A stretch of 64,000 nt of DNA from an uncultured Gemmatimonadales bacterium (GCA_963823035.1 CAWGKG010000008.1:64001-128000), one strand, 5' to 3'. Numbered from the stretch's first letter, positions 45,996-57,982 are shown. The notes: a model not told the origin generated them from the sequence alone. Program-made: numbers and translations.

Positions 45996-47229
45996 ATGGA
46001 CCGCAAGCAGGTCGGCGCCTGGGCGCTCTTCGACTTCGCGAACTCCATCTACCCGGCCGTGGTCCAGACCGCGGTGTTCTCGATCTTCTATACCTCGTAC
46101 ATCGTCGGGAACGACACCGGCCGCGGGGATTTCTGGCGGGGGTTGGCGGTGTCGGGCTCGGCGCTGATCGTGGCCGTCGCCGCTCCCCTGCTCGGCGCCA
46201 TCGCCGACCGCGGCGGAGTGCGCAAGCGCCTCATGCTGCTGTTCACCGCAGCGTGCCTCGCGGGGGTGCTGCTCTTCACCACGCTCGAGCCCGGGATGGC
46301 GCTGCGGGGCTTCGTGTTCTACCTGGTCGCGAACGTCGGCTTCGAGGGCGCGCTCGTCTTCTACAACGCCTACCTCCCCGACATCGTCCCGCGCGAACGG
46401 CAGGGCTGGGTGTCCGGGCTGGGCTTCGGCGTGGGATACCTCGGCTCGGCCGTCGGGCTCCTGCTCGCCACCCTGTTCGTCGATTCGAACATGGACATGG
46501 TGTGGGTCACGACCGTGGTGTTCTTCGCGGTCTTCTCGATTCCGACGTTCCTCTACCTGCCGGCAGACCGTCGCACCGAGATGGGCTTGGGCGAGGCGGC
46601 GTCGTGGGGGCTCACGCACTTCCGTACGATCGTGGCGGACGTGCTCGCCCTGAAGGACCTGCGCGCGCTTCCTCCTGGCGTACTTCTTCTTCATCGACGG
46701 GGTCAACACGGTCATCGTCGTGGCCGGGCCGTTCGCCGAACACACCTTCGGATTCGACGCCCGTCAAGCGATCTGGCTCTTCCTGGTCGTCCAGATCTCC
46801 GCGCTCGCCGGGGCGTTCGCGATGGCGAAGCCCACGGACTCCTGGGGACCCAAGAAGGTGCTCGTCGGCTCCCTGACGCTGTGGATCCTCGTCGGGTGCA
46901 TGGTCTTCTTCGTGAACAGCCCCGAGGTCTTCTTCACCCTCGCGGTGGTGGCGGGCTTCGGCCTCGGATCGACACAGGCCGCCAGCCGCACGTTCATGGC
47001 GGCGCTGATCCCGGAGGGCCGCGAAGCGGAGATGTTCGGCTTCTACGCGTTCTGCGGGAAGTCGTCCTCGGTGATGGGGCCGACGCTGTTCGGCGTCGTC
47101 GCGCTGCTCAGCGGCGGCAACCAGCGCCTCGCCGTGATCGCGCTGACCGTCCTCATGGCGATCGGCCTCCTGCTTCTCCGCCGGGTGGACGATCCCCGCG
47201 TCCCGAGCCCCGTGCCCGCCGTCCCCTGA
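45996..47229 (+). CDS. MFS transporter, UMF1/Atg22-like; apparent frameshift near 46665
   Basis: WALFDFANS, FYNAYLP, EMFGFYAFCGK motifs. Confidence 0.88.
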
Positions 47230-48281
47230 CCTGCCGGATGGCGAGCACGACGAGCGTGAGCGACGTCAGGGGGACCACGAAGAAGAGGAGCATGGTCTTC
47301 ACCATGTCCTGGGCCGCGTGCTGCGTGTGGGAGAGCACGAGATAGAGGAGGTACATCCCGTAGTACGCGAGGAAGACCCAGCCCTCCCAGCGTGAGATCA
47401 TCCACCCGGTGAAGAAGATCGGGAGGCAGGCGACCGAGGCGGCGAGCATCACGGGGAAGTCGAAGGTCAACACGCCCACCGGCGCCGGAATGCCGTCGCG
47501 TCCGGACGCGACGCCTGCCGAGCCGAGCACCACCAGGGCGTTGAAGATGTTGCTCCCCACGACGTTGCCCACCGCGATGTCGCGTTGGCCCCGCAGCGCG
47601 GCCACGAAGGACGTGGCGAGCTCCGGGAGCGACGTGCCCGCCGCGACCACGGTCAGGCCGATCACGAGCTCGCTCACGCCCATGGCGCGCGCCACCACCT
47701 CCGCGCTCCTGAACCAGCAGTTCGGCGCCGACCGCCAGGCACGCGAGCCCGGCCGCGATCCAGAGGAGCTGGCGCGGGAGGGTGGACGCGGCGTGGAAGT
47801 CGCCCGTGGGGCCCTCTCGGGCGCCGCGCAGGCCCGCGCGTACGAGGAGCACCGTGTAGATCAGGCCCAGGGTGAGGAGGAGCGCGCCCTCGCCGCGCCC
47901 GATCGATCCGTCGACGCCGAGGCCGAAGGCCAGCGCCGCGGTGAGCACCATGATCGGCACGTCGATCCGCACGAGTCTCCGGTCGACCAGGAGTGGGCGG
48001 ATGATGGCGGACCCGCCGAGCACGACCAGGATGTTGAAGATGTTGCTCCCGATCACGTTGCCGAGGGCGACGCCGCCGTCTCCGATGAACGCCGACCTGA
48101 CCGAGACCGACACCTCCGGCATGCTGGTGCCGAACGCGACCACGGTGAGGCCGATCACGAGGGGCGAGAGGCCCACGCGCTCCGCGAGCCCGGCGGCGCC
48201 GCGCACGAGGAAGTCCGCGCCGAGCGTGAGGAGGCCGATCCCCACGATCAGCTGGAGGACCGGCACGACCGGGATCGGCAT
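47153..48281 (-). CDS. Calcium/sodium antiporter (YrbG family); apparent frameshift near 47710
   Basis: Two alpha repeats: GTSMPE..GSNIFN and GTSLPE..GSNIFN. Confidence 0.9.
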
Positions 48282-49619
48282 CAGGCCGGACTCGCCTCGT
48301 CGTCCAGGGCGAGAAGGGTGCCCAGCAGGACGTTCGCGCCGTTCGTGACGTCGGCCGGCTCCGTGTGCTCCTCGGGGGCATGGCTGACGCCGTTCACGGA
48401 CGGCACGAAGATCATCCCCACCGGCCCGAGGTGCGCCATGCTCTGGGCGTCGTGGCCCGCCCCGGACGGCATGCGCCGCGTGCTCAGCCCGAGCGCCTGG
48501 GCGGTGGAGTCGATGAGATCCTGGAACCGGGGCGCGGTGGGTGCCGCCTCGGAGACGTAGAAGCGCGCGAAGGCGAAGGAGGTGCCCGTGGCGCGCCCGA
48601 TCTCCGACGGCCCGTCCCTCGAGCTGACGGAAGATCTCATCGATCCGGTCCATGGCCAGGTCGCGCACCTCGAGGCTCAGCGTGACCCGCCCGGGGATGA
48701 CGTTGGGTACGCCCGGCTCGGCCTCCAGCCGCCCGACCGTCGCCACCTGCGTCCCGGGCCAGCTTCGTACGGTCGTGTAGACCATGTCCACGAAGCGCGC
48801 CGCGGCGACCATGGCGTCGTGGCGCTGCGTCATCGGGGTGGTGCCGGCGTGGTTCGTGACGCCGTCCACGGTGACGTTCCAGCGCATGATCCCCACGATG
48901 CCCTGGACCACGCCGATATCGACGTCGAGGCGGTCGAGCTCGGCACCCTGCTCGACGTGCAGCTCCAGGAAGCCGCCGATGGTGTCGGGACCGCGCGCGG
49001 CCTCGGCGAGCCGGTCGGGACTCCCGCCGATGCGGGCGAGGCCCTCCCCGATCGTGAAGCCCGAGGCCGTGACGATGTCCAGCTCCTCGGGGAGCACCTT
49101 TCCGGCGAGCGCGCGGCTACCCGTCTTCCCACCCTCCTCGTTGGGGAAGATCACGAAGTGGATCGGGTGCCTCGTGGCCCGTCCCACGTCGGCGAGCGTC
49201 CAGGCGACCTCGACCGCCGCCATCGAGCCCACCTGGCCGTCGAAGTTCCCGCCGTTCGGGACCGAGTCGATGTGCGAGCCCAGCACGAGCGGCTTCAGCT
49301 CCGGCTCCGTACCGGCCCGCCGGCCCCACAGGTTGCCGGCCACGTCCACCGAGACGTCGAGGCCGGCGCCGCGCATCAGCTCGGCAGCCCATGCGCGCGC
49401 CTCCAGATCGGCGTCCGAGAACGCCACGCGGTCGATGCCACCGGCCTCGTTCGCGCCGAAGCGGGAAAGCTCCTGGAGGCGGCCGAGGAGACGCGCTCCG
49501 TCGACGCGGATCTCCTGGAAGCCGCCCGGGAGCGCCGTCGTCAGCCTCCGCAGGGGCCGCGGCACGGCCGCGGCCGCCAGGGTCGTGCCGGCGAGGCGGC
49601 TGAAGTCACGTCGATGCAT
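48281..49619 (-). CDS. M20 Zn-dependent amidohydrolase (allantoate/N-carbamoylase-like) with Tat signal; apparent frameshift near 48610
   Basis: MHRRDF, GSHIDSVPNGG, NEEG, ELHVEQG, HAGTTPM, SGAGHDA, SHAPEE motifs. Confidence 0.9.
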
Positions 49620-49725
49620 GGGGATGCCCAGAGGGTCGATGCAGGGTCGTGGCTCCAAGGTTGGGGATCGGCGGGGGAGCGTCCAGGGGTGGCTCGGCGC
49701 GCGGGCCCCGGGGTAGGATCGTCCC

Positions 49726-50601
49726 ATGGGCCGCTTCCTCCGTCGATGGGTCGTCTTTCCGCTCCTCCTGCTCGCCTGCCTGCCCGTGGTCGTGCTGGCC
49801 GGCCTGCCCTGGCCCTGGATGCTGCGCTGGGTGGATCCGCCCTCGACGTCGTTCATGCGCTATCGGGAGCGCGAAGCCCACCGTGCCGACGAGGAGCTGG
49901 CCCTCGTCCAGGAGTGGGTGCCGCTGGACGAGATGCCCTCGGTGCTCGTGCGGGCGGTGCTCGTCTCCGAGGACGATCGCTTCCGCCAGCACCACGGCGT
50001 CGACTGGAAGGCGCTCGCGGAGGAGGTGCACTGGCAGGGCGACACGGCGTTCTCCTGGCGGAGCTCCGAGGACCGCTCCGCGCTTCGCGAGGCGTTCCGG
50101 TACTACAGGCGCCATCGCGCCGAGATCAAGGGACGGAGCACGCTCACGCAGCAGCTCGCCAAGAACCTCTACTTCACGCCGGACCGCTCTTTGGTGCGCA
50201 AGGCCGGCGAGTTCGTGGTCGCGCGCCGCCTGGAGCGCTTCCTGAGCAAGGAGCGGATCCTCGAGCTCTACCTGAACACGGCCGAGCTCGGACCCGGCGT
50301 GTTCGGCGTGGGCGCGGCGTCGAGGAAGTACTTCGACCTCCCCGCGCAGGGTGTCGGTCGCTTCGAGGCCGCGTCTCTCGCGGCCACGCTCCCGAACCCG
50401 CTCGGGTCGAACCCCGCCGAGCGCCCGGGACGGATGGCGTGGAGGAGGGACCTCATCCTCGACCGGCTCGCGGGACGCGACGTCGTGATCCCGGACGCGC
50501 CCCCGGACCTCGAGCTTCCCACCGTGCGGCCGGACCCCGACGTCGACGCGCGCATGGATACGATCCGGCCGGACACCGTCCGCTCCGACACGATTCCCTA
50601 G
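49726..50601 (+). CDS. mtgA: Monofunctional peptidoglycan transglycosylase
   Basis: EDDRFRQHHG, STLTQQLAKNL, RKAGE, KERILELYLN motifs. Confidence 0.9.
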   Translation: MGRFLRRWVVFPLLLLACLPVVVLAGLPWPWMLRWVDPPSTSFMRYREREAHRADEELALVQEWVPLDEMPSVLVRAVLVSEDDRFRQHHGVDWKALAEEVHWQGDTAFSWRSSEDRSALREAFRYYRRHRAEIKGRSTLTQQLAKNLYFTPDRSLVRKAGEFVVARRLERFLSKERILELYLNTAELGPGVFGVGAASRKYFDLPAQGVGRFEAASLAATLPNPLGSNPAERPGRMAWRRDLILDRLAGRDVVIPDAPPDLELPTVRPDPDVDARMDTIRPDTVRSDTIP

Positions 50602-50611
50602 CCGGATCGGC

Positions 50612-53272
50612 CTACTCGGCGCGGAGCGCCTCGCTGGGGTCGATGGCGGTGGCGCGCCGCGCGGGGATCCAGCACGCGAGCGCCGAGATGCCGACGAGCA
50701 CGAGGCACACCACGCCGTAGGTAGCCGGGTCCCAGGGCGCCACACCGTAGAGGCCCGCCGCGAGCAGGCGACTGAGCACGAGGGCGCCCGCCAGTCCGAT
50801 GGCGACCGCCGCGACGACGAGGCGCATCCCCCGACCGACGACCTGGGCGAGGGCACGACGCGGGCTCTGGCCCAGCGCGAGGCGGACGCCGATCTCGCGC
50901 GTCTGCAGGCTCACCAGGTTCGAGAGCACGCCGTAGATGCCGACGCACGCGAGGAGGAGCGCCGTGGCCCCGAAGACCGACATGAGCACCAGGGCCAGAC
51001 GCTCGGGCGCGAGGGACGCTCGGGCCAGCTGGTCGAGCGTGCGCAGCTCCTCGACGGGTGCGCCCGGGGCGAGGCGCTCGACGACGGCGCGGACGGCGGG
51101 AGCGAGCTTCTCGGCGTCACCCGAGGCGTGCACCACGAAGCTCATCTGGGGAAGTCCGGTCGAAGCCCAGTACATCTGCGTGAGGTAGGGCGCGCGCAGG
51201 TCGTGGAGCCGGAGGTGCTCGACCACGCCGACGATGCGTGCGTACCGGATCTCCTCGGGGGCGTCGCTGGGGTTGACCTGGAGCTGCCTGCCCACGGCGC
51301 TCTCCCCGGGGAAGGCCCGCTCGGCGAGGCGGTCGTCCACGATGAGGGTGGCCTCGCCCACGTCCGCCGAGGTGAGGTCGCGCCCCTCGATCAAGCGCGC
51401 GCCGATCGCGTCGAAGAAGCCCGGCGTGATCCAGCGGCGGTCGGCCGTCACGCTCTCCCACTGCGCCGCCGTCTCGGTGTCGTAGGCATACGGCTGCAGC
51501 GGTCCCGAGCCGGTCAGGGGGAGCTGGCTGATCGCCGCCGCACGCACGACGCCGGGCAGGGCTCCGATCTCCTCGACCAGGGCTCGCTCCACCACCTTGC
51601 GCGACTCGGTGTCCCGGAACGCGCCGAAGGGAAGGGCCAGCCGGAAGCTGAGCCGGTTTTCGGTGGCGAAGCCGGGGTGCACGGATCCGAGCGCGGCGAA
51701 GCTACGCACCATCAAGCCGGTGCCCACGAGGAGGACGAGGCTCGCGGCGACCTCGAAGACCACGAGCGCGTCGCGGAAGCGTCCCTGCCGGCGTCCACCG
51801 CCCGCACGGCTGTCGGCGCCCAGCACGTCGGCCGGGTCCCGGCTCGAGGCGCGCAGCGCCGGCACCAGACCGAACAGGACGGTGCTCAGCGCGCACAGCG
51901 CGCCGACGAAGGCGAGTACGCCACCGTCGATGCGCACGGCGTCGAGCCGGGGCACGCTGGCTCGACCCAGCGCGGTGAGCAGCTCGAGGGAGGCGCCCGC
52001 GAGCGCCAACCCGAGCGCGCCACCGCCCACGGACAGCAGGAGGCTCTCGACCAACGTGAGGCGTACGAGCCCGGCGCGGCCCGATCCCAGCGCCGCCCTG
52101 ATCGACAGCTCGCGGGCGCGGGCGCGGCCGCGCACCAGGAGGAGGTTCGCGACGTTCGCGCAGGCGATGAGGAGCACGAAGCCCACCGCGCCGAGGAGTA
52201 GCAGCAGGCCGTTCCTGGCGCCCTTCACCACGTCCGCGAGGAGCGGAACCAGACGGACCTCGAGTCCGGACGCCGCGTGCTCGGGATGCTCGGCCGCGAG
52301 CTGCCGGGCGATCGCCTCGAGCTCGGTCTGTCCCTGGGCGAAGGTGGCGCCACGCCGCAGCCGTCCGAAGCCGGTGAAGGTCGTGTAGTTGCGCGGAGGC
52401 TGGTTCGCGGGGTCCAGGCGGAGCGAGACCCAGACCTCGGCGTCGCGCAGGAGGAACGCCTCCGGGGGGAGCTCGAGGCGGAACCACGCCGGCAGGACGC
52501 CGATCACCTCCATGCGGGTGCCGGCCAACTCGATGGAGGAGCCCACCACTCCGGGGTCGGCGCCGAAGCGGCGTGTCCAGAGCCGATGGCTCAACACCGC
52601 GACCGGCGGGACGCCGGGCACGTCCTCCTCGGGCGTGATCGGCCGGCCCAGGATGGGCGTGGCGCCGAAGAACTCGAAGAAGCCCGCCTCCACGACACCG
52701 ACGTCCACCAGCTCGGGGTCGTCTTGGCCTCCGAGGATCCACTCCCGGCCCGTGGCCATCGTGAAGCGGTCGAAGAGCTCGCTGCGGTCGCGGTAGTCGC
52801 GCAGGTCGAGGGGGTGCAGCGCCGGGAGGTTCTGCGCTCCGTGCCCCAGCTGGTGCCAGAGGATCCCGATGCGCTCGGAGTCCGGGTAGGGGAGGGGGCG
52901 AAGGAGCACGCCGTCGACGACCGAGAAGATCGCCGTGTTCGCACCGATCCCGACCGCGAGCGTGGTCACCGCCACCAGTGTGAACGCCGGGCGACGCAGC
53001 AGCGCCCGCGCGGCGAACGAAAGGTCCATCCACACTTTGTCGCGCATCGTCCGGCCCTCTCCCTCGCGTTCCCGGCCGTGCCGAAGCCTCCAGGCCACGC
53101 GCAGCGTATCCACCACGACCATCGTCCACACGCGCGCCCTGCCGACGCGTCCTGTCCCCGCCAGGTGCTCCTGCGCCACCTCCTCCAGCTCTTCCGCGTG
53201 GCGGCGGCGGAAGTCGGGCGGGAGGAGGGTGAGCGCCCACCGCCACGCCCACGGTCGGCGCGCCGGCGTCAC
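50612..53272 (-). CDS. ADOP-type duplicated ABC permease (MacB/FtsX-like)
   Basis: [50 protein letters not shown] motifs. Confidence 0.92.
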   Translation of the reverse strand: MTPARRPWAWRWALTLLPPDFRRRHAEELEEVAQEHLAGTGRVGRARVWTMVVVDTLRVAWRLRHGREREGEGRTMRDKVWMDLSFAARALLRRPAFTLVAVTTLAVGIGANTAIFSVVDGVLLRPLPYPDSERIGILWHQLGHGAQNLPALHPLDLRDYRDRSELFDRFTMATGREWILGGQDDPELVDVGVVEAGFFEFFGATPILGRPITPEEDVPGVPPVAVLSHRLWTRRFGADPGVVGSSIELAGTRMEVIGVLPAWFRLELPPEAFLLRDAEVWVSLRLDPANQPPRNYTTFTGFGRLRRGATFAQGQTELEAIARQLAAEHPEHAASGLEVRLVPLLADVVKGARNGLLLLLGAVGFVLLIACANVANLLLVRGRARARELSIRAALGSGRAGLVRLTLVESLLLSVGGGALGLALAGASLELLTALGRASVPRLDAVRIDGGVLAFVGALCALSTVLFGLVPALRASSRDPADVLGADSRAGGGRRQGRFRDALVVFEVAASLVLLVGTGLMVRSFAALGSVHPGFATENRLSFRLALPFGAFRDTESRKVVERALVEEIGALPGVVRAAAISQLPLTGSGPLQPYAYDTETAAQWESVTADRRWITPGFFDAIGARLIEGRDLTSADVGEATLIVDDRLAERAFPGESAVGRQLQVNPSDAPEEIRYARIVGVVEHLRLHDLRAPYLTQMYWASTGLPQMSFVVHASGDAEKLAPAVRAVVERLAPGAPVEELRTLDQLARASLAPERLALVLMSVFGATALLLACVGIYGVLSNLVSLQTREIGVRLALGQSPRRALAQVVGRGMRLVVAAVAIGLAGALVLSRLLAAGLYGVAPWDPATYGVVCLVLVGISALACWIPARRATAIDPSEALRAE

Positions 53273-53604
53273 GCCCTTCCCAGTCGCTCGATCGCGCGGC
53301 CCGCCACCGCCTGCAGCCGCTCGGCCTCCCGCGTGAGCGCCGTGCGACCCACGCGTGTGAGGCGGTAGTAGCGTCGCTTCTGGCTGGTGCGGTCCGGGCG
53401 CTCGTGGTCTTCGAGCTCGCGGATGAGCCCCTCGCCCTCGAGGTCGTCGAGCGCGCCGTACAGCGTGGCCGGCCAGAGCCGGAGGGTGCCGCCGGTCTGG
53501 TCGAGGACGTCGCGCACGATCCCCGACCCGTGCAGGTCGCGTGACGCGAGCGCGGCCAGGATGTGGAATCGGTGTGGGGACATGGGGTCGGGGAGGCTGG
53601 ACAT
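53269..53604 (-). CDS. PadR-family transcriptional regulator
   Basis: [21 protein letters not shown] motifs; coupled to the ADOP permease. Confidence 0.9.
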   Translation of the reverse strand: MSSLPDPMSPHRFHILAALASRDLHGSGIVRDVLDQTGGTLRLWPATLYGALDDLEGEGLIRELEDHERPDRTSQKRRYYRLTRVGRTALTREAERLQAVAGRAIERLGRA

Positions 53605-53611
53605 GGCCCCG

Positions 53612-53640
53612 ATGATACGGCGCGATATTATATCGCGCAA
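53612..53640 (-). promoter_or_regulatory. Promoter with embedded palindromic operator for padR
   Basis: TTGCGC-17 nt-TATCAT ending 7 nt before the ATG; inverted repeat GCGCGATA-N3-TATCGCGC at 53620-53638. Confidence 0.7.
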
Positions 53641-53695
53641 TACAATATGGGCATGGCCGGTCGGCGGCAGGCCCGTTCGGCCCGATGCGGGGGAC

Positions 53696-54889
53696 TCAGC
53701 GGATCGGCGTCACCTTGAGCATCACCGCCCCGTGCGAGGGGACGGTCGCCTCGTAGCGGCGCCCGAACGTCCCCTCGTCCCGCTGCGCCCACAGGTCGCG
53801 CACGCGCGCCGAGTCGGTGGCGATCCCCATCCGTCCGAAGCTGGCCGCGATCGTCGTCGGGACGGAGGCTCGGTTGAGCAGCACGGCGGCCTTCGAGCCG
53901 TCCGCGAGCGGCTTGACCCAGACCTGCAGCTCGGGCGGGAAGTTCTGCACCAGGCGCCCCTGCACGCCGAGCGGGTCCTGGTCCACCGCGATGACCTCAC
54001 GATTCGTGAGGATCTCGACGGTGGCCTTGGCCCGCCGGCCCGGGCCCGTCAGCTCACGCAGGTCGTTGCCCGCCATGAGCGGTGAGGCCATCACGGCCCA
54101 CAGGCTGAAGTGCGCGCGGTACTCGTCGTTCGTCATCCCTCCGTTGCCCACCTCGAGCATGTCGGGGTCGTTCCAGTGTCCCGGCCCCGCGGAGGCCCAG
54201 TACTGCGAGGAGCGGTCGAGGATCGAGAGCACGCTCTCCCACCGGTCGAAGATGTCGCCCGTGGTCCGCCAGAGGTTGCCGGTCTCCGGTCCCCATTCCC
54301 ACGGCTCGTTGGTGCCCCACTCGCAGATGGAGAAGACGATGTCCCTTCCCGCGTCACGGAGCGCGTCGCGGAAGACGGCGTAGCGCTCGCGGGCGTCGAG
54401 CCCCTCCGAGTGGCACCAGTCCACCTTCACGTAGTCCACGCCCCATTCGGCGTACGTGCGCGCGTCCATCGCCTCGTGGCCGTAGGAGCCGGGACGACCC
54501 TGGCAGGTCTGCCGGCCCGCGTCGGTGTAGATGCCGAAGAGGAGGCCGCGCGCGTGCACGTAGTCCGCCAGCGCCTTCATCCCCTCCGGGAAGCGCTCCG
54601 CGTCCGCGACGATCCGGCCGTCGGGCGCGCGATCGACCTGCCAGCAGTCGTCGATGACCACGTAGCGGTACCCGGCGTCCTTCATGCCGCTGGCGACCAT
54701 CGCGTCCGCGGTCTCGCGGATCAGCTCCGAGCTCACGTCGCAGCCGAAGTGGTTCCACGAGTTCCAACCCATGGGCGGCGTGCGCGCGAGCCCGTTGTCG
54801 GGGCGCCGCGCGGGCGGCCCGGCGACGAGTGCGGTCATGAGGGGTACGGCGACAAGGAGGAGGACGGACGTGCCGGCGCGGAGCTTCAA
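53696..54889 (-). CDS. Secreted alpha-galactosidase, GH27
   Basis: LARTPPMGWNSWN, IDDCW, YVKVDWC, WRTTGDI, WNDPDML motifs. Confidence 0.95.
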   Translation of the reverse strand: MKLRAGTSVLLLVAVPLMTALVAGPPARRPDNGLARTPPMGWNSWNHFGCDVSSELIRETADAMVASGMKDAGYRYVVIDDCWQVDRAPDGRIVADAERFPEGMKALADYVHARGLLFGIYTDAGRQTCQGRPGSYGHEAMDARTYAEWGVDYVKVDWCHSEGLDARERYAVFRDALRDAGRDIVFSICEWGTNEPWEWGPETGNLWRTTGDIFDRWESVLSILDRSSQYWASAGPGHWNDPDMLEVGNGGMTNDEYRAHFSLWAVMASPLMAGNDLRELTGPGRRAKATVEILTNREVIAVDQDPLGVQGRLVQNFPPELQVWVKPLADGSKAAVLLNRASVPTTIAASFGRMGIATDSARVRDLWAQRDEGTFGRRYEATVPSHGAVMLKVTPIR

Positions 54890-55038
54890 GGGACCTCCCG
54901 GCTGGGTGCCGTCCCGCGCGGCTCGAACCGGCGCGGGGTGGATGGAGGCTCACGCTAGGGCGGCCCCCACCCTGCGGCAAGCGGGCGCCCTCCGCCTCAC
55001 CCGGGTTCGCCCTTTCGCATCGGGCCACTCCGCGCCGA

Positions 55039-56562
55039 TCAGTCGGCTTCGCCCACCGTCGCGGCCTCGGTCAGGGGCAACCGCGTCCGTCGCGCCAGCA
55101 GCGGCGGGACCACCAGGCTGGCCACGGCGAGCACCCAGAGGACGATCGCGATCGGTGAGTCGAAGAGGATGCGCCAGTCGCCTGCGGAGAGGGCCATCGC
55201 GCGGCGCAGGCTCTTCTCCATGATGGGGCCGAGCACCAGGCCGAGGATGACCGGCGCCAGGGGGAAGCCCGTCCTGCGCATCACCCAGCCGACCACGCCG
55301 AACGCGGTCATGAGCACGAGGTCGAAGGGGCTCTGGTTCACCGCGTAGACCGCCACGAACGAGAGGGCCGCCACGCCCGGGAGGAGGAACCATCGGGGCA
55401 GCGTGAGCGCCCGTACGAACACGCCGACCAGCGGGAGGTTGAGGAGGAGGAGGAAGACGTTGCCGACGTACATGGAGGCGACGAGCCCCCAGAAGAGGTC
55501 CGGCTGCTCCTGGATGAGGAGGGGCCCGGGCGTGACGCCCAGCCCGAGGAGGGCGCCGAGCAGCACGGCGGTCGTCCCGCTGCCCGGCACGCCCAGCGTC
55601 AGGAGCGGGATCATCGCGCCGTTGGCCGCCGCGTTGTTCGCGGCCTCGGGGGCGGCCACCCCGCGGATGTCGCCCTTGCCGAACGTGCCCTCGCGGTCCG
55701 AGACGCGCTGCTCGGTGCTGTAGGCCAGGAAGGAGGCGATCGTGCCGCCGGCGCCGGGGAGCACGCCGACCAGGAAGCCCAGGACGCTCCCGCGGATCAT
55801 CGTTCCGAGGGTATGGAAGAACTCCTTCACCGTGATCATCACGCGACCGTAGCTCCCGGCCGCCGCCTGGCCGCGCTCGGTCTCCTGGAGCAGCTGTAGC
55901 ACCTCGCTCACGGCGAAGAGACCGATCGTCACCACCACGAAGTCCATCCCGTCGAGCAGCTTGATCTGACCGAAGGTGAAGCGCGGGATCGCGCTGTTGG
56001 GGTCCAGGCCGACGGTGGCGAGCAGCAGCCCGAAGGCCGTGGAGGCCAGGCCGCGCACCAGGCTGCCGCCGGCGAGGCTCGACAGGGCGGCGAAGGCGAA
56101 GACCATGAGCGCGAAGTACTCGGCCGGGCCGAAGCGGATGGCCCACTCGGCGAGGAGCGGCGCGAAGAGCACGAGGCCGAAGATCGACACCGTGCCGCCG
56201 AAGAAGGATGCGATCGCCGACATGGCGAGCGCCTGCCCTCCCCTCCCCGCACGCGTCATCGCGTGGCCGTCGAGCGCGGTGACCACCGCGGACGCGGTGC
56301 CCGGCACGTTCAGCAGGATCGTGCTGATCGAGTTGCCGTACTGCGAGCCGTAGTAGATCCCGGCCATCAGGATCAGCGCGGATTCGGGTGGGATGCCCGC
56401 CGCGAAGGTGATGGGGATGAGGATCGCGATCGCGTTGATGGGGCCGATCCCGGGGAGCATCCCCACGAACGTACCGACGAAGACGCCCCCGAACGCGAGG
56501 CCGAGGTTGAGCGGCCTGAGCGCGACCGCGAAGCCGCCCAACAGAGAGGTCAACGCATCCAC
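55039..56562 (-). CDS. tctA: Tripartite tricarboxylate transporter large permease
   Basis: GMLPGIGP, APEAANNA, LTLGVPGS motifs. Confidence 0.95.
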   Translation of the reverse strand: MDALTSLLGGFAVALRPLNLGLAFGGVFVGTFVGMLPGIGPINAIAILIPITFAAGIPPESALILMAGIYYGSQYGNSISTILLNVPGTASAVVTALDGHAMTRAGRGGQALAMSAIASFFGGTVSIFGLVLFAPLLAEWAIRFGPAEYFALMVFAFAALSSLAGGSLVRGLASTAFGLLLATVGLDPNSAIPRFTFGQIKLLDGMDFVVVTIGLFAVSEVLQLLQETERGQAAAGSYGRVMITVKEFFHTLGTMIRGSVLGFLVGVLPGAGGTIASFLAYSTEQRVSDREGTFGKGDIRGVAAPEAANNAAANGAMIPLLTLGVPGSGTTAVLLGALLGLGVTPGPLLIQEQPDLFWGLVASMYVGNVFLLLLNLPLVGVFVRALTLPRWFLLPGVAALSFVAVYAVNQSPFDLVLMTAFGVVGWVMRRTGFPLAPVILGLVLGPIMEKSLRRAMALSAGDWRILFDSPIAIVLWVLAVASLVVPPLLARRTRLPLTEAATVGEAD

Positions 56563-57017
56563 ATCGCCTCCCAGAGCGCGCCGAGCGGAAGCGGCAGGCC
56601 GAGCGCCCACACGAAGAGGTACCAGAGCACGACCGAGAGCGTCGCCGCCGATCCGAGGCTCTTTCGCCACGGACCGCCGAAGAGCATCGACAGCGCCCCC
56701 ACGGCGGCCGTCGTGGCCACCACGAACCCCAACGGTGCCAGGAGGAGGGCGTAGCCGCCGAAGACGGCGGCGGCCGCGCCCATGCGCAGCAGCACGGCTC
56801 CGGTCGGCCAGACGCGCGGCTCACCGCCCCGCACCAGGAGGATCATGCCCGCCGTGAAGAAGATCGCGGCCGAGAGGAGGGGCAGCGCCTTCGGCCCCAC
56901 GGGGTCCGTGAGGAAGGCCACGTCGAAGGTGGAGGCCTCGAGTGCGACGCCCACGCCCAGCGCCACGAGCACCCCGCCCGCGAAGCGGTCGGTGCGGTCG
57001 GCCCGCCGGGCACTCAC
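56550..57017 (-). CDS. tctB: Tripartite tricarboxylate transporter small permease
   Basis: DPVGPKALP, TM helices, LGLPLPLG; lies between tctC and tctA. Confidence 0.88.
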   Translation of the reverse strand: MSARRADRTDRFAGGVLVALGVGVALEASTFDVAFLTDPVGPKALPLLSAAIFFTAGMILLVRGGEPRVWPTGAVLLRMGAAAAVFGGYALLLAPLGFVVATTAAVGALSMLFGGPWRKSLGSAATLSVVLWYLFVWALGLPLPLGALWEAMWMR

Positions 57018-57982
57018 TCGAGCAGCCCGATCTCCCGCGACATCGCGCGGAAGTCCTTCACCTGCCGCTTGACGAACGCCTCGAAGTCTTCGCCGTAGAG
57101 GAAGAACGGCTCGAGGTGGTTCCGCTCCCGCGCCGCCGCCCACTCGGGGGACGCGCCCACCCGGCGCATCACGTCGACCCACTCCCGGTAGCGCTCGTCG
57201 CCGATGCCGGCCGGGACGTAGAAGCCGCGCCACGTCACCCAGTCGACGTCGAGCCCCGCTTCGTGCGCCGTGGGCACCTCGGCGAGGATGCCGCCCACCC
57301 GTTCGGGGGCGAGCACGGTCAGCACGCGCATGCGACCGGCGGCGATCTGACCCTCGACCTCGGAGGCCTCGCCCGAGAAGACCTGGACGAAGCCGCCGAG
57401 GAGCGCCGTCATGGCCTCGCCACCGCCGTCGAAGGGGACGTAGCGGATCGCCCGGGGGTCGATCCCCGCCGCGTGCACGAGAAGCAGCACCTTCATGTGG
57501 TCCTGCCCCGCCACGGCGCTCCCCCCGCTCACCACGATCGAGCCGGGCGCGACGCGCCACGCCTCCAGCAGGTCGGTCAGGTCGCGCCAGGGCGCGTCGG
57601 CGGCCACGGCCAGCACGCCGTATTCGGCTCCGACCGCGCCGACCCAGCGGACGTCGTCCTCGGTGAGGCGCCCGTACTGACCCTGGGCGAGCCGGAGGGT
57701 GGTGGACGGGCTGGCCGCGATGAGGACGGTGGGATCGTCGGCACGCTGCGCGACCGCGTTGGCGAACGCCACGCCTCCGCCCGCGCCGGGGAGGTTCGTC
57801 GTGCGCACCAGCCCGGGGGAGAGCCCCAGGGTGCGCAGCACCTCACCGACCGAGCGACAGGTGAGGTCCCACCCCCCGCCCGCCGCGGCCGGAGCAACGC
57901 ACTCCCAGCCGCGGCCACCCGCGTCGGGAACGCACGCCCCGACGGAGAGGACGGCCAGAGCCGTGAGGATGGGTCCGCGCAT
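57014..57982 (-). CDS. tctC: Tripartite tricarboxylate transporter substrate-binding protein
   Basis: AGGGWDLTCR, NLPGAGG, FDGGGEA, WRGFY motifs; lipobox VGAC. Confidence 0.92.
   Translation of the reverse strand: MRGPILTALAVLSVGACVPDAGGRGWECVAPAAAGGGWDLTCRSVGEVLRTLGLSPGLVRTTNLPGAGGGVAFANAVAQRADDPTVLIAASPSTTLRLAQGQYGRLTEDDVRWVGAVGAEYGVLAVAADAPWRDLTDLLEAWRVAPGSIVVSGGSAVAGQDHMKVLLLVHAAGIDPRAIRYVPFDGGGEAMTALLGGFVQVFSGEASEVEGQIAAGRMRVLTVLAPERVGGILAEVPTAHEAGLDVDWVTWRGFYVPAGIGDERYREWVDVMRRVGASPEWAAARERNHLEPFFLYGEDFEAFVKRQVKDFRAMSREIGLLE

Noticed and set aside
47043..49856. Apparent M20 hydrolase-Ca/Na antiporter fusion (likewise SDR-MFS at 43703-45502)
   Set aside because: Indel artefacts; each protein's own terminus is present in another frame.
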